36,886 bases of DNA from Mollicutes bacterium (GCA_012841205.1 DUVE01000007.1:1-36886), one strand, 5' to 3'; counted from the stretch's first letter, positions 1 to 8,525 are shown. Made by a program: numbers and translations. The notes: generated from the sequence alone by a model not told the origin.

Positions 1-35
1 ATGAATTAGTATGATATAATAAAATAAAAAAACTG

Positions 36-314
36 GTGATAATATGCAAAAAAAAAGTTAATGGAACGAAAGTGTCATTTAATGATGATAACAATAATGA
101 AATTCTCTATTTCGATTATATGGGAGATGAATTCGTACTTGTTATGAATACAGACAAAGCTATTGAAATAGATGAAAATTCCGAAATGTATGAAAGGCTA
201 ACAAATTTATTCTTCCAAAAGTATGATTTTGGAGATTATATATTAGGGGATAATAAAACAAATAGTCAATTAGTTTGTCATAATGGCAGTTTTTTTATTA
301 AATTAGTGTGTTAA
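36..314 (+). CDS. hypothetical small protein (92 aa, GTG start)
   Basis: Only long ORF in this stretch. No recognisable motif and a weak RBS. An extended -10 (TGATATAAT, 12-20) lies upstream. Confidence 0.3.
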   Translation: MIICKKKVNGTKVSFNDDNNNEILYFDYMGDEFVLVMNTDKAIEIDENSEMYERLTNLFFQKYDFGDYILGDNKTNSQLVCHNGSFFIKLVC

Positions 315-602
315 ATGTTTAATTACCAAGTGTTGATGTAATTGAAATGTGTGGTTTAAAATTATCAAGTCTTAAAATAAATGCATATCCTAATCTTAAA
401 GCGGATATATTAAAAGTAGTTATGAGGATTCAAAGCAAGTATAAATGTAAGTGTTAAAACGATTATTAGGCCAAATGAAGTGTCAATAAAAGCAGTATCT
501 ACATAGATTATGGTGGACACTAATATTGGTGTTTACATAGATTTAAGGAGTTCTTGTAACTCCTTTTAATAATTGTATGCTATAATAAAAGAGGTGATTA
601 TT

Positions 603-1115
603 ATGGATTTGTTTTCTCAATGTTTATTGATTTTTTTTGTAAGAATAATTGATGTTTCGATGGGGACTTTAAGGACAGTTCTTGTTGTAAGAGGTAGAAG
701 ATTGACCGGAGCTTTTATTGGTTTTGTCGAAGTTTTAGTGTGGTTTTTAATTGTTAGCCAAGCTTTAACAAGTGATAGTAATAGTATTTGGATTGCTATT
801 GCATATGCTAGTGGTTTTTCTACTGGTACTTTCGTTGGATCTTGGATTGAAGAAAAGCTAGCTATTGGAAGTTCTTCTTTTAACATCATTACCAAAGGGC
901 TTAGATATGACTTAGTCGATATTTTAAGAGAAAATGGATTTGGTGTTTCATCGATTGTTTGTCAAGGAAAAGATGATGAAAATTTAATGCTTTTAATAGA
1001 AGTTGATCGTAAAAAAATGAAAAAAGTAAATGACATTATAAAAGAGGTTGCTCCAGATTCATTCATAACGATATCAGATACTAAAAAAATTATTAATGGT
1101 TATTTTGTAAGGTAA
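603..1115 (+). CDS. UPF0316/DUF2179 family membrane protein
   Basis: ATG at 603 follows RBS AAGAGGTGA (589-597). N-terminus MDLFSQCLLIFFVRIIDVSMGTLRTVLVVRG, three hydrophobic segments and a soluble C-terminal domain match my recollection of UPF0316 proteins. Confidence 0.7.
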   Translation: MDLFSQCLLIFFVRIIDVSMGTLRTVLVVRGRRLTGAFIGFVEVLVWFLIVSQALTSDSNSIWIAIAYASGFSTGTFVGSWIEEKLAIGSSSFNIITKGLRYDLVDILRENGFGVSSIVCQGKDDENLMLLIEVDRKKMKKVNDIIKEVAPDSFITISDTKKIINGYFVR

Positions 1116-1118
1116 AAT

Positions 1119-2066
1119 ATGAAAGAAGTTTATGCTTTTTATGGAGATGAATCTTTTCTGATTGATGAGGAAATCAAAAAAATTATAGAAAAACATCCGA
1201 ATTCAGAAGTTATTAAATATGATTTGGAAGAAAGTAGTCTAAACCTTTTGCTAGAAGATGCTTTATCTCTTTCTTTATTTAATGAACATAAAATAATAAT
1301 AGGAAGTAATGCTAATTTTTTAAGTGCTAGTGACACAAAGGGGAAGGTTAATCAAAATGTTGAAGATTTATTAAAATATATCGATAATCCTAATGATACT
1401 TCGACTATTATTTTTACGCTTTCAACTAATATAGATAAACGAAAAAAAATAGTAAAACAATTATTAAGTAAAAGTATTGTAAAAGAGTGCAATAAATTAA
1501 CAGTTGATAATGCAGTTTTATTTGCCAAGGATATTTTTTCTAAAGCTAATTTCCAAGTAGGGTATAGTGCTTTAAATAAATTGGTTCATAAAACAGGAAA
1601 CAATCTATATTTATTGAATAGTGAATGTAATAAACTTATGATTTATAAAAATGAAGAGAAGAAGATTGAATTAGATGATGTTGATCAAATGGTAGAAAGA
1701 TATGATATAGATAACTTGTTTGCTTTAACTGATGCTGTTGTGAAAAAGGATATAAATGAGGCTTTATCTTTGTACCAAGAATTACTAAAAAGAAATGAAG
1801 AACCAATTAAAATCATTGTAATTATTGCTAATCAATTTAGGCTTATTTTTCAAGTTAAGAGGTTAAAGAGTAAAGGGTTAAGTGATAGTGAGATAGCATC
1901 TGAATTAGCTGTTCATCCGTACCGGGTAAAACTTGCTAAGGAAACAAACTTAAGTGAAAAAGAGTTGTTAAAATATTTAACAACTTTAGCGGATCTAGAT
2001 GAGCAAATAAAAACGGGGAAGATTAACAAAGATGTAGGCCTTGAATTGTTTTTATTAAAGTTGTAA
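1119..2066 (+). CDS. holA: DNA polymerase III delta subunit
   Basis: 315 aa. The N-terminus (YAFYGDESFLIDEE) and C-terminal helical region are typical of HolA. It ends at a strong terminator. Confidence 0.8.
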   Translation: MKEVYAFYGDESFLIDEEIKKIIEKHPNSEVIKYDLEESSLNLLLEDALSLSLFNEHKIIIGSNANFLSASDTKGKVNQNVEDLLKYIDNPNDTSTIIFTLSTNIDKRKKIVKQLLSKSIVKECNKLTVDNAVLFAKDIFSKANFQVGYSALNKLVHKTGNNLYLLNSECNKLMIYKNEEKKIELDDVDQMVERYDIDNLFALTDAVVKKDINEALSLYQELLKRNEEPIKIIVIIANQFRLIFQVKRLKSKGLSDSEIASELAVHPYRVKLAKETNLSEKELLKYLTTLADLDEQIKTGKINKDVGLELFLLKL

Positions 2067-2068
2067 AG

Positions 2069-2099
2069 AAAAGTGTGTTTGATTATAAACACACTTTTT
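2069..2099. terminator. bidirectional intrinsic terminator between holA and lexA
   Basis: Perfect 12-bp stem AAAAGTGTGTTT (2069-2080) / AAACACACTTTT (2087-2098) with loop GATTAT. A/T runs lie on both sides. Confidence 0.85.
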
Positions 2100-2715
2100 A
2101 TATTTTTCTATACAATCCAATAGCTTTCCCTAGAATACTTACATTAGGTAATATAATAGGAGATAGATAATCATTTTCTGGTTGTAGCCTAACAAAGTCT
2201 TTTTCCTTATAAAATCTTTTTAGTGTAACCTCATTATCCTCGGTCATAGCGACAACTATATCGCCATTATTAGCTGTGCTCTGTCTTTGGACAATTACGA
2301 TATCTCCATCAAAAATACCTGCATTTATCATACTGTCACCACTGACATCCAAACTAAAGACTTCTTTTTTGTTTGGAATAAGAGAAGCAGGTAATGAAAA
2401 GAATTCGTTTGGTCTCTCTATTGCTTCAATAGGGGATCCAGCAGTAACTTTCCCAAGTAATGGTACTTTAATTAAACCATCATCTTGGTTCATATATTCA
2501 TTATCTACTAATAATTCGATAGCTCTACTTTTGTTCTCGTCTTTTTTAATATATCCTTTTTTTTCAAGATTAGAAAGATGTACTTGAATAGTGGCAGGCG
2601 ATGATAAGCCTAAAACTTTACCAATTTCTCTAACAGTAGGTGGATATCCATCTTTAGCAATTTTTTGTTTGATAAATTTTAGAGTTTCCTCTTGCCTTGT
2701 TGTCAAATTATCCAA
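2098..2715 (-). CDS. lexA: LexA repressor (TTG start)
   Basis: Winged-helix N-terminus, Ala-Gly cleavage site (KVTAGSP), and Ser (SGDSM) and Lys (TLKRF) catalytic motifs. RBS AAGGAGGAA lies 7 nt upstream of TTG. Confidence 0.95.
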   Translation of the reverse strand: MDNLTTRQEETLKFIKQKIAKDGYPPTVREIGKVLGLSSPATIQVHLSNLEKKGYIKKDENKSRAIELLVDNEYMNQDDGLIKVPLLGKVTAGSPIEAIERPNEFFSLPASLIPNKKEVFSLDVSGDSMINAGIFDGDIVIVQRQSTANNGDIVVAMTEDNEVTLKRFYKEKDFVRLQPENDYLSPIILPNVSILGKAIGLYRKI

Positions 2716-2746
2716 TAAAATTCCTCCTTATACTTTTTCTGTTTAC

Positions 2747-2775
2747 ATCTTATCACATAGAATGTAAAATGTCAA
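2747..2775 (-). promoter_or_regulatory. lexA promoter (-35 TTGACA, 17-bp spacer, extended -10 TGATAAGAT)
   Basis: On the minus strand, TTGACA is the reverse complement of 2770-2775 and TAAGAT of 2747-2752. The spacer is exactly 17 nt and a TGn extension is present. Confidence 0.6.
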
Positions 2776-2786
2776 ACATTTGTTTG
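2773..2786. promoter_or_regulatory. degenerate LexA (Cheo-type) box overlapping the lexA -35
   Basis: CAAACATTTGTTTG has the CGAAC-N4-GTTCG architecture with G>A/C>T changes in each half-site. It overlaps the lexA -35. Confidence 0.4.
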
Positions 2787-2801
2787 CAAAAGGTGTTGAC
2801 A

Positions 2802-2815
2802 CGAACAAAAGTTCG
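2802..2815. promoter_or_regulatory. consensus LexA (Cheo) box CGAACAAAAGTTCG
   Basis: Perfect palindromic half-sites CGAAC/GTTCG. It sits between TTGACA (2796-2801) and TATAAT (2819-2824) of a + strand promoter with a 17-bp spacer. Confidence 0.85.
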
Positions 2816-2848
2816 TTATATAATGAGAGTAAGAAAAGGAGTGTTAAT

Positions 2849-2980
2849 ATGAAAGTTAAAGGAGTTTTTGTTACTTGTCTAGTTGTTGTAATGTATTTAT
2901 TTTTATGCTCATGGCGCTTTGAAAGACTAGATGAAGTGGAGGAAATAAATGACAACCAATTAGTGGTAAATGTAAAATAG
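2849..2980 (+). CDS. 43-aa single-pass membrane mini-protein under LexA-box promoter (candidate SOS-induced division inhibitor)
   Basis: RBS AAAAGGAG (2834-2841) lies 7 nt upstream of the ATG. Sequence is MKVKGVFVTCLVVVMYLFLCSWRFERLDEVEEINDNQLVVNVK, one TM segment plus an acidic tail. It has its own terminator and lies divergent from lexA. Confidence 0.5.
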   Translation: MKVKGVFVTCLVVVMYLFLCSWRFERLDEVEEINDNQLVVNVK

Positions 2981-2984
2981 TTAT

Positions 2985-3011
2985 CTTTACTTTTAAAAGT
3001 AAAGGTTTTTT
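2985..3011 (+). terminator. intrinsic terminator of the mini-ORF unit
   Basis: Palindrome CTTTACTTTTAAAAGTAAAG followed by GTTTTTT. Confidence 0.7.
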
Positions 3012-3046
3012 GGTATAATACATATTATAATAAGGATGTGTTATAC

Positions 3047-5062
3047 GTGGCAAAAGATGATAAAAATATTGATAAAAAAATAATTGATAATATAAAGGCC
3101 TTAGCGATCGACATGATTGATGCAGCATCATCAGGTCATCCTGGAATTGTTTTGGGAGCTGCCCCGATTCTTTACACTTTGTATGCAAGACATATGAATA
3201 TAAATGTTAAAGATGAAAAGTGGATTAATCGTGATCGTTTTATTATGTCGGCAGGACATGGATCAGCATTACTTTATGCAACTTTATTTACGGCAGGCTA
3301 CAATCTTACAATTGATGATCTTAAGTCTTTTAGAAAAGTTGGCTCTAAGACGCCTGGACATCCAGAATATGGTATAACTCCTGGTGTTGATGTGACAACA
3401 GGACCATTGGGCCAAGGATTTGCTACAGCTGTTGGTATTGCAATGGCTGAAAAAATATTAAGTAATAGATATAATGAAAAGAAAAAAGGAATTTTTACTT
3501 CGGAAAATAATTTGTTCGATTACAATACGTATGTTTTGTGTAGCGATGGTGACTTAATGGAAGGCGTTAGTTATGAAGCGGCTTCTTTAGCTGGAAACCA
3601 TCAATTAGGAAATTTAATTGTTCTTTATGATTCCAATGACGTATCCCTAGATGGGAAAACAGATTTGAGTTTTAAAGAAGATGTATTAAAACGTTTTGAA
3701 TCTATGGGATGGCATACTACTCTTGTAAAAGATGGGAATAGTGTCGACGAAATAGATAAAGCAATTCAAAGAGCTAAAAAGGTTACTGATAAGCCTTCTA
3801 TTATAGAGGTGAAAACAATTATTGGTAATGGTTCATTACTTGCAGGAACAAATGCATCACATGGTAAGCCTTTAACTAAAGAAGATATAACGCAATTAAA
3901 AAGTACATTAGATGTAAGAGCAATCCCATTTTCTGTATCTAATGAAGCAACTCAAGAATTTAGAACAATGATTACAAGTAGATCAGGATCTAAGTATAGT
4001 GCTTGGGCAGAAACACTTAAAGGATTTATGGGAAAAGCGCCAGATAATGTAAAACAAGAACTTACATTTTTAAGTAAGAACAATCTAGCGATTAATATAA
4101 ATTTGCCTAAGGTAATGTGGCAATTTGGTGATGATTTTAAAGAACCCCTTCGTGATACAAATGGGAAAGTTATGAGTGTTATAGCTGATTATGTATTTAA
4201 CTTCCTAGGTGGCAGTGCAGATTTAGCAACATCTACAAAAACATATTTACCTAAACATTCTAATTTAAACCCAGTATCTTTAGATGGACGTAATATTTCT
4301 TTTGGGGTTAGGGAACATGCCATGGGTTCTATTTTAAATGGTCTTGCCTTATCTGGATTTAGAGTTTTTGGTAGTACATTCTTATCTTTTGCTGATTATT
4401 TAAAACCAGCTATTAGAATGTCTTGTTTGATGAATCTTCCTGTAACATATATTTTCACTCATGATTCAGTAGGAATTGGTCCTGATGGTCCAACGCATCA
4501 ACCTATTGAACAGTTAGCAATGCTTAGAAGCACCCCAAACCTTGATGTTTACAGACCTGCTGATGCAAGAGAAGTGGTGGGGGCATGGAATTCTATTCTA
4601 AGGACACATAAACCTAGTGCGCTTGTTATTTCGCGTGATGATGAAGAGATACTTACTAATTCAAACATAGAAAATGTAGCAAAAGGTGCATATATTGTAC
4701 GTAAAGAAGTAGTTCGTTTGTCAGGTATCATAATTGCAACTGGAAGTGAAGTGTCATTAGCAATTAAAATAGCTAATGAATTATATAAAAATGGTATTGA
4801 TATTAGAGTTGTAAGTATGCCTTGTGTTGAGAAATTTTTAGAACAAAGTGAAAATTATAAAGAGGACTTAATACCGTTTGGATATAAAACAATTGTTGTT
4901 GAAGCAGGATCAAATTTTGGTTGGTTCCGTTTTGTATACAATGAGAAATATTTAATAACGATCGATAAATTTGGAGTTAGTGGCACTAAAGAAGAAGTGC
5001 TTGATTATTGTGACTTTACATATGACAAAATAAAACAAAAAATAGAGAAACTTTTTAGATAG
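3047..5062 (+). CDS. tkt: transketolase
   Basis: Motifs SSGHPG, DGDLMEG and the THDS...GPDGPTHQPIEQ TPP/pyrimidine-binding region. GTG 3047 has better spacing to RBS AAGGA (3032-3036) than the ORF-track start at 3038. An extended -10 TGGTATAAT lies at 3011-3019. Confidence 0.95.
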   Translation: MAKDDKNIDKKIIDNIKALAIDMIDAASSGHPGIVLGAAPILYTLYARHMNINVKDEKWINRDRFIMSAGHGSALLYATLFTAGYNLTIDDLKSFRKVGSKTPGHPEYGITPGVDVTTGPLGQGFATAVGIAMAEKILSNRYNEKKKGIFTSENNLFDYNTYVLCSDGDLMEGVSYEAASLAGNHQLGNLIVLYDSNDVSLDGKTDLSFKEDVLKRFESMGWHTTLVKDGNSVDEIDKAIQRAKKVTDKPSIIEVKTIIGNGSLLAGTNASHGKPLTKEDITQLKSTLDVRAIPFSVSNEATQEFRTMITSRSGSKYSAWAETLKGFMGKAPDNVKQELTFLSKNNLAININLPKVMWQFGDDFKEPLRDTNGKVMSVIADYVFNFLGGSADLATSTKTYLPKHSNLNPVSLDGRNISFGVREHAMGSILNGLALSGFRVFGSTFLSFADYLKPAIRMSCLMNLPVTYIFTHDSVGIGPDGPTHQPIEQLAMLRSTPNLDVYRPADAREVVGAWNSILRTHKPSALVISRDDEEILTNSNIENVAKGAYIVRKEVVRLSGIIIATGSEVSLAIKIANELYKNGIDIRVVSMPCVEKFLEQSENYKEDLIPFGYKTIVVEAGSNFGWFRFVYNEKYLITIDKFGVSGTKEEVLDYCDFTYDKIKQKIEKLFR

Positions 5063-5076
5063 GTTTCTCTATTTTT
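5039..5076 (+). terminator. tkt terminator
   Basis: Stem AATAGAGAAAC (5041-5051) / GTTTCTCTATT (5063-5073), then a T-run. It overlaps the tkt stop codon. Confidence 0.7.
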
Positions 5077-5129
5077 GACAATTGTTGACTATAGCCTGCT
5101 ATATACTAAGTTAAGAAGAGGTGATAAGT

Positions 5130-5561
5130 ATGCGTGTATACTATGTTTTTGTTGTTAATGATTTTTTTGCGAGTTTTTATAATTCAAAACCATCATCTTT
5201 ATATAAAATATTTGAACAAATATATAATTTAAATAAAAATGATATTGTTTTAGGATATCGTATTTTTGAACAAATCGCTATTCCTTTTAATAAAACAAAT
5301 GTTAATGAATATATTTATAATAGACATTGCATGGAACTTTCTTATTCAAGAAATGTTAATGTTCACACAATTAAAAACCTTTACTTTGATGAAATAAGCA
5401 AGCTTACAGTTTATAATTCTCATATAAAAATTAAGACAAATATTAATTATCCTACTTTTATTGATTCCTTAAGAAATTTTGAAAAAAACATTTTTGTTTG
5501 TGATTTTATTAACAAAGATTATTTTTGGCTTGATAAAATAAAGAAAGAAACACTTGTATAA
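5130..5561 (+). CDS. SirA (YneE)-like protein, putative sporulation inhibitor of replication
   Basis: 143 aa. ATG follows RBS AGAGGTG. It has the same size and position (tkt-sirA-yneF) as B. subtilis sirA. The N-terminal M-R-x-YY...F...Y and C-terminal F..DF....Y.WL...K....V patterns resemble SirA as I remember it. Confidence 0.5.
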   Translation: MRVYYVFVVNDFFASFYNSKPSSLYKIFEQIYNLNKNDIVLGYRIFEQIAIPFNKTNVNEYIYNRHCMELSYSRNVNVHTIKNLYFDEISKLTVYNSHIKIKTNINYPTFIDSLRNFEKNIFVCDFINKDYFWLDKIKKETLV

Positions 5562-5603
5562 AGTTTATATATTTAGTAAAATATTATTGTTAGGAGGAAT
5601 ATA

Positions 5604-5819
5604 ATGGAACTTTTTTTTGACATATTATATGTTGTGATAGGCCTTATAGTAGGTGCGGTAATAGGATTTTTTATAGCTCGTAAAGTTATGAAAAAATACA
5701 TGAAAGAAAATCCGCCAATAAATGAGCAAATGATTAAGGTTATGATGCAACAAATGGGAAGGACTCCCTCTCAAAAACAAATTAATCAAATGATGAAAGC
5801 AATGAATAAGCAATTATAA
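5604..5819 (+). CDS. yneF: UPF0154 (YneF) family small membrane protein
   Basis: 71 aa with an N-terminal TM segment ([17 protein letters not shown]) and a NPPINEQMI...[18 protein letters not shown] tail typical of the YneF family. RBS is TAGGAGGA. Confidence 0.8.
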   Translation: MELFFDILYVVIGLIVGAVIGFFIARKVMKKYMKENPPINEQMIKVMMQQMGRTPSQKQINQMMKAMNKQL

Positions 5820-5902
5820 TTCATTGTTTTTTTACTATTGTAGTTATCTTAAAATAGCAATACATGTTATAATATATTTATATGAAGAAGTAGGTGGTAA
5901 AA

Positions 5903-6958
5903 GTGGCAAAAGTAAGTGTTGTTATTCCTATATATAACGCTTCTAAATATCTTTCTTTGTGTTTAGACAGCATTGTTTCACAAACATATAAAAAATTAGA
6001 AATTATTTTAGTAGATGATAAAAGTACTGATAACTCATTAGTGCTACTAAAAGAGTATAAGGAAAAGTGCAGGAAAATAAAAATAATAAGGCTAAAAGAA
6101 AATGGTGGTGTTAGCCACGCTAGAAATGCAGGAATTGAAAAAGCAACAGGTGATTATATTTTTTTTATTGATAGCGATGATTTTGTAGATAAAAATTGTA
6201 TTAAAAAACTTGTTGAAGCATCAATAAAATATGATGCTGATGTTATAGATACTGAAAGGTTATATTGGTATAGAAGAGGTGCAAAGTTATTAACTTTTAC
6301 TGAAAGAAAGAAACTTAAACGAGATTTAATATTAGGAAATATGAATGATGATTCAAGATGTATAAGCATGCCTCGTTATGTAACAGGCAAATTATACAAA
6401 CGAAGCGTTATTGGGGATATAAGATTCGATGAAAATGTTAGATGTTATGAGGATGCACTTTTTAATCATCAAATTAAAACTAATATAAATAAATATGTGT
6501 ATTTAAAAGATACATTTTATAACTATTTACAAAGACCATATTCACTAATAAATACTATTAGTACAAATCATATGGATTATCTTTATGTAGGTAAAAAAAT
6601 AAATGATATATACAAAAAAGAAAGTGACAGAGTAAAACAAGTATCAAATAATGTTATACTAGATGATATTATTGCAATTATTGCTCTTAAGATACCTAAG
6701 ATGCTTATAACTAATTTGTCAAAATATGAACATGTAAGTGAATATCTTAAATTAATAGATTCTTTATCGATTAAGAAGATGAAGCTTAAAACAAGAATTG
6801 CAATTTCTATTTTTAAAAAAAGAAAAAGATATTATCGCTATCTTTCATTAGTTCAAAAAATTAATTTAGTAGATAGAAGTTTTGTGTTTTTAAACATGGT
6901 TAATCCATACAAAATAAAAGATGAGAAACTAAAAAAGAAAGTAGGTGCATTTTGTTAA
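5903..6958 (+). CDS. family 2 glycosyltransferase
   Basis: VSVVIPIYNASKYL...VDDKSTDNS...DSDD is the GT-A/GT2 signature. GTG 5903 lies 5 nt after RBS AGGTGG (the ORF track starts at 5894). Confidence 0.85.
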   Translation: MAKVSVVIPIYNASKYLSLCLDSIVSQTYKKLEIILVDDKSTDNSLVLLKEYKEKCRKIKIIRLKENGGVSHARNAGIEKATGDYIFFIDSDDFVDKNCIKKLVEASIKYDADVIDTERLYWYRRGAKLLTFTERKKLKRDLILGNMNDDSRCISMPRYVTGKLYKRSVIGDIRFDENVRCYEDALFNHQIKTNINKYVYLKDTFYNYLQRPYSLINTISTNHMDYLYVGKKINDIYKKESDRVKQVSNNVILDDIIAIIALKIPKMLITNLSKYEHVSEYLKLIDSLSIKKMKLKTRIAISIFKKRKRYYRYLSLVQKINLVDRSFVFLNMVNPYKIKDEKLKKKVGAFC

Positions 6959-6972
6959 TGCATCTACTTTTA
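6941..6972. terminator. bidirectional terminator between GT2 gene and def
   Basis: Stem GTAGGTGCATT (6941-6951) / AATGCATCTAC (6957-6967) with one G-U pair. An A-run lies upstream and a T-run downstream. Confidence 0.6.
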
Positions 6973-7518
6973 TATCATTCTCATTTTATCCTCATCTTTA
7001 AATGGGTTATCCTTGTCTATTTTATCCATAAAAAGAATACCGTTTAAATGATCCATTTCATGTTGTACAGCAATAGCAAGTTCTTCTCTTGCTCTTAATT
7101 TCTTCGTATTACCATCTATATCTTGGTACTCAATTGTAATTCTTGCAAAGCGAGGAATGATACCTTCTACTTCACGATTAACACTCAAACATCCTTCACC
7201 GCCACCTGCATATATTAATTCCTCTGAATGACTTACTATTTTAGGATTTATTATTACGTATTTGTTAAATGTTTTATCATCTTGTTCGTGAGCAATAACA
7301 AAATATCTTTTATTAACACCAAGTTGTATGGCAGCAAGTCCCATGCCTGGTCTTAAATTATACTTTGAAGCTATCTCTTCAATTTGGCTATTTACAAGAT
7401 GCTCTAACATATCATTAATCATATCTATATCTTTTTTATTAAGTGGAAAAGAAACTGCTTTGCTTACTTGTCGTAGGCGTTTATCTTTTTCATCTAATAT
7501 ATCTGTTGTTTTTAACAT
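6970..7518 (-). CDS. def: peptide deformylase
   Basis: The three canonical motifs are present: GMGLAAIQLG, EGCLS and QHEMDH. Confidence 0.95.
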   Translation of the reverse strand: MLKTTDILDEKDKRLRQVSKAVSFPLNKKDIDMINDMLEHLVNSQIEEIASKYNLRPGMGLAAIQLGVNKRYFVIAHEQDDKTFNKYVIINPKIVSHSEELIYAGGGEGCLSVNREVEGIIPRFARITIEYQDIDGNTKKLRAREELAIAVQHEMDHLNGILFMDKIDKDNPFKDEDKMRMI

Positions 7519-7655
7519 TTACATCACCTCAAAATTAAATGTATTTTATCATGTTTTAAACAGTTTGGCAAACAAACTATGGCAATGTCATATAAATAAT
7601 TATTGACATTACGCAAATTTATAGTAAAATAACTTTGAAAAAGGAAGCGATTGTT

Positions 7656-8507
7656 ATGTCTTTAAAGAAAAATATACCTAATACTTTATCTACGATAAGG
7701 CTTTTTATGGCCTTGTTGATACCTTTTGTATTTCCCGGATTAAGCCTTTCTTCAAAGTTGCTTTATTTTTTAACAGGTAATGCAACAGATGCTTTAGATG
7801 GATACCTAGCAAGAAAATGGGAAGTCCAGTCAAGATATGGAAAAATTGTTGATCCTATTGCTGACAAAAGTTTCAACTTACTATCTTTATTATTTGCATC
7901 TCTAACAATAAATCCTCTTTTACTAGGTATAGTAATAGGTGAGGCTACAATAGCTGCAATAACATCACTTCATACTATTAGTAATATCAAAAGCAAAAAT
8001 ATTGATATGTCAAAATTAAATCTTCCATCTAAAACGAAGTTGTTTATAGAAACAGCTGATGGATTAAATGTGTCTAGAATAGGCAGAAAGAAAGCTATAC
8101 TTATGACTGCCTCAGTTGCAATTGCATTCCTTTCATCTTTAGTTCCAGCACTGGTTTTTCCAGCATCGTTATTAATTGCTTTTACAACTATCGTTGAAAT
8201 ACCTGTTATAACAAAATATGCAACTGAGTACTATATTGATTGTAAAAATTATAAAATAGAATCATCAATTGAGTGTAATGCTACGAAAAGGGATTTAGAA
8301 AAATTAAAAAAAGCTAAAGAGAAATTAGAAAAGTATAAAAAAATCGATCAATGTTCAGACATGTTAGATGAAAAGATTATTCAAAAATTTAAGAAAGAGC
8401 ATAAGTTTGAAAATGAAGAGTATGCTCCTGCTCTTACAGATATCGATGAAGTTGCTGAAAATGATGTAATAGATGATAAAGCTTATACCAAAACATATAA
8501 ACATTAG
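7656..8507 (+). CDS. CDP-alcohol phosphatidyltransferase (PgsA-like) with long charged C-terminal extension
   Basis: Exact DxxDGxxAR-x8-G-x3-D-x3-D motif (DALDGYLARKWEVQSRYGKIVDPIAD). ATG 7656 follows RBS AAAGGAAG. The last ~97 aa are hydrophilic and K/E-rich. Confidence 0.8.
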   Translation: MSLKKNIPNTLSTIRLFMALLIPFVFPGLSLSSKLLYFLTGNATDALDGYLARKWEVQSRYGKIVDPIADKSFNLLSLLFASLTINPLLLGIVIGEATIAAITSLHTISNIKSKNIDMSKLNLPSKTKLFIETADGLNVSRIGRKKAILMTASVAIAFLSSLVPALVFPASLLIAFTTIVEIPVITKYATEYYIDCKNYKIESSIECNATKRDLEKLKKAKEKLEKYKKIDQCSDMLDEKIIQKFKKEHKFENEEYAPALTDIDEVAENDVIDDKAYTKTYKH

Positions 8508-8525
8508 AAATTTCTAATGTTTTTA
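8501..8525 (+). terminator. intrinsic terminator
   Basis: Palindrome ACATTAGAAATTTCTAATGT followed by TTTTAT. It overlaps the stop codon. Confidence 0.65.

Noticed and set aside
617-895. Antisense or overlapping ORFs from the six-frame track. Examples: 617-895(-), 1139-1336(-), 2276-2587(+), 2743-2955(-), 2871-3188(-), 4549-4731(-), 5625-5813(-), 6154-6369(-), 7328-7606(+), 9299-9514(-), 10376-10639(-), 11308-11502(-), 16640-16990(-), 17148-17333(-), 23088-23309(+), 23558-23845(+), 24966-25301(-), 26672-26920(-), 27901-28152(-), 28540-28764(-), 32996-33229(-).
   Set aside because: All lie inside or opposite well-supported genes with clear family motifs. They lack RBSs and have low-complexity, shadow-frame composition typical of AT-rich genomes.
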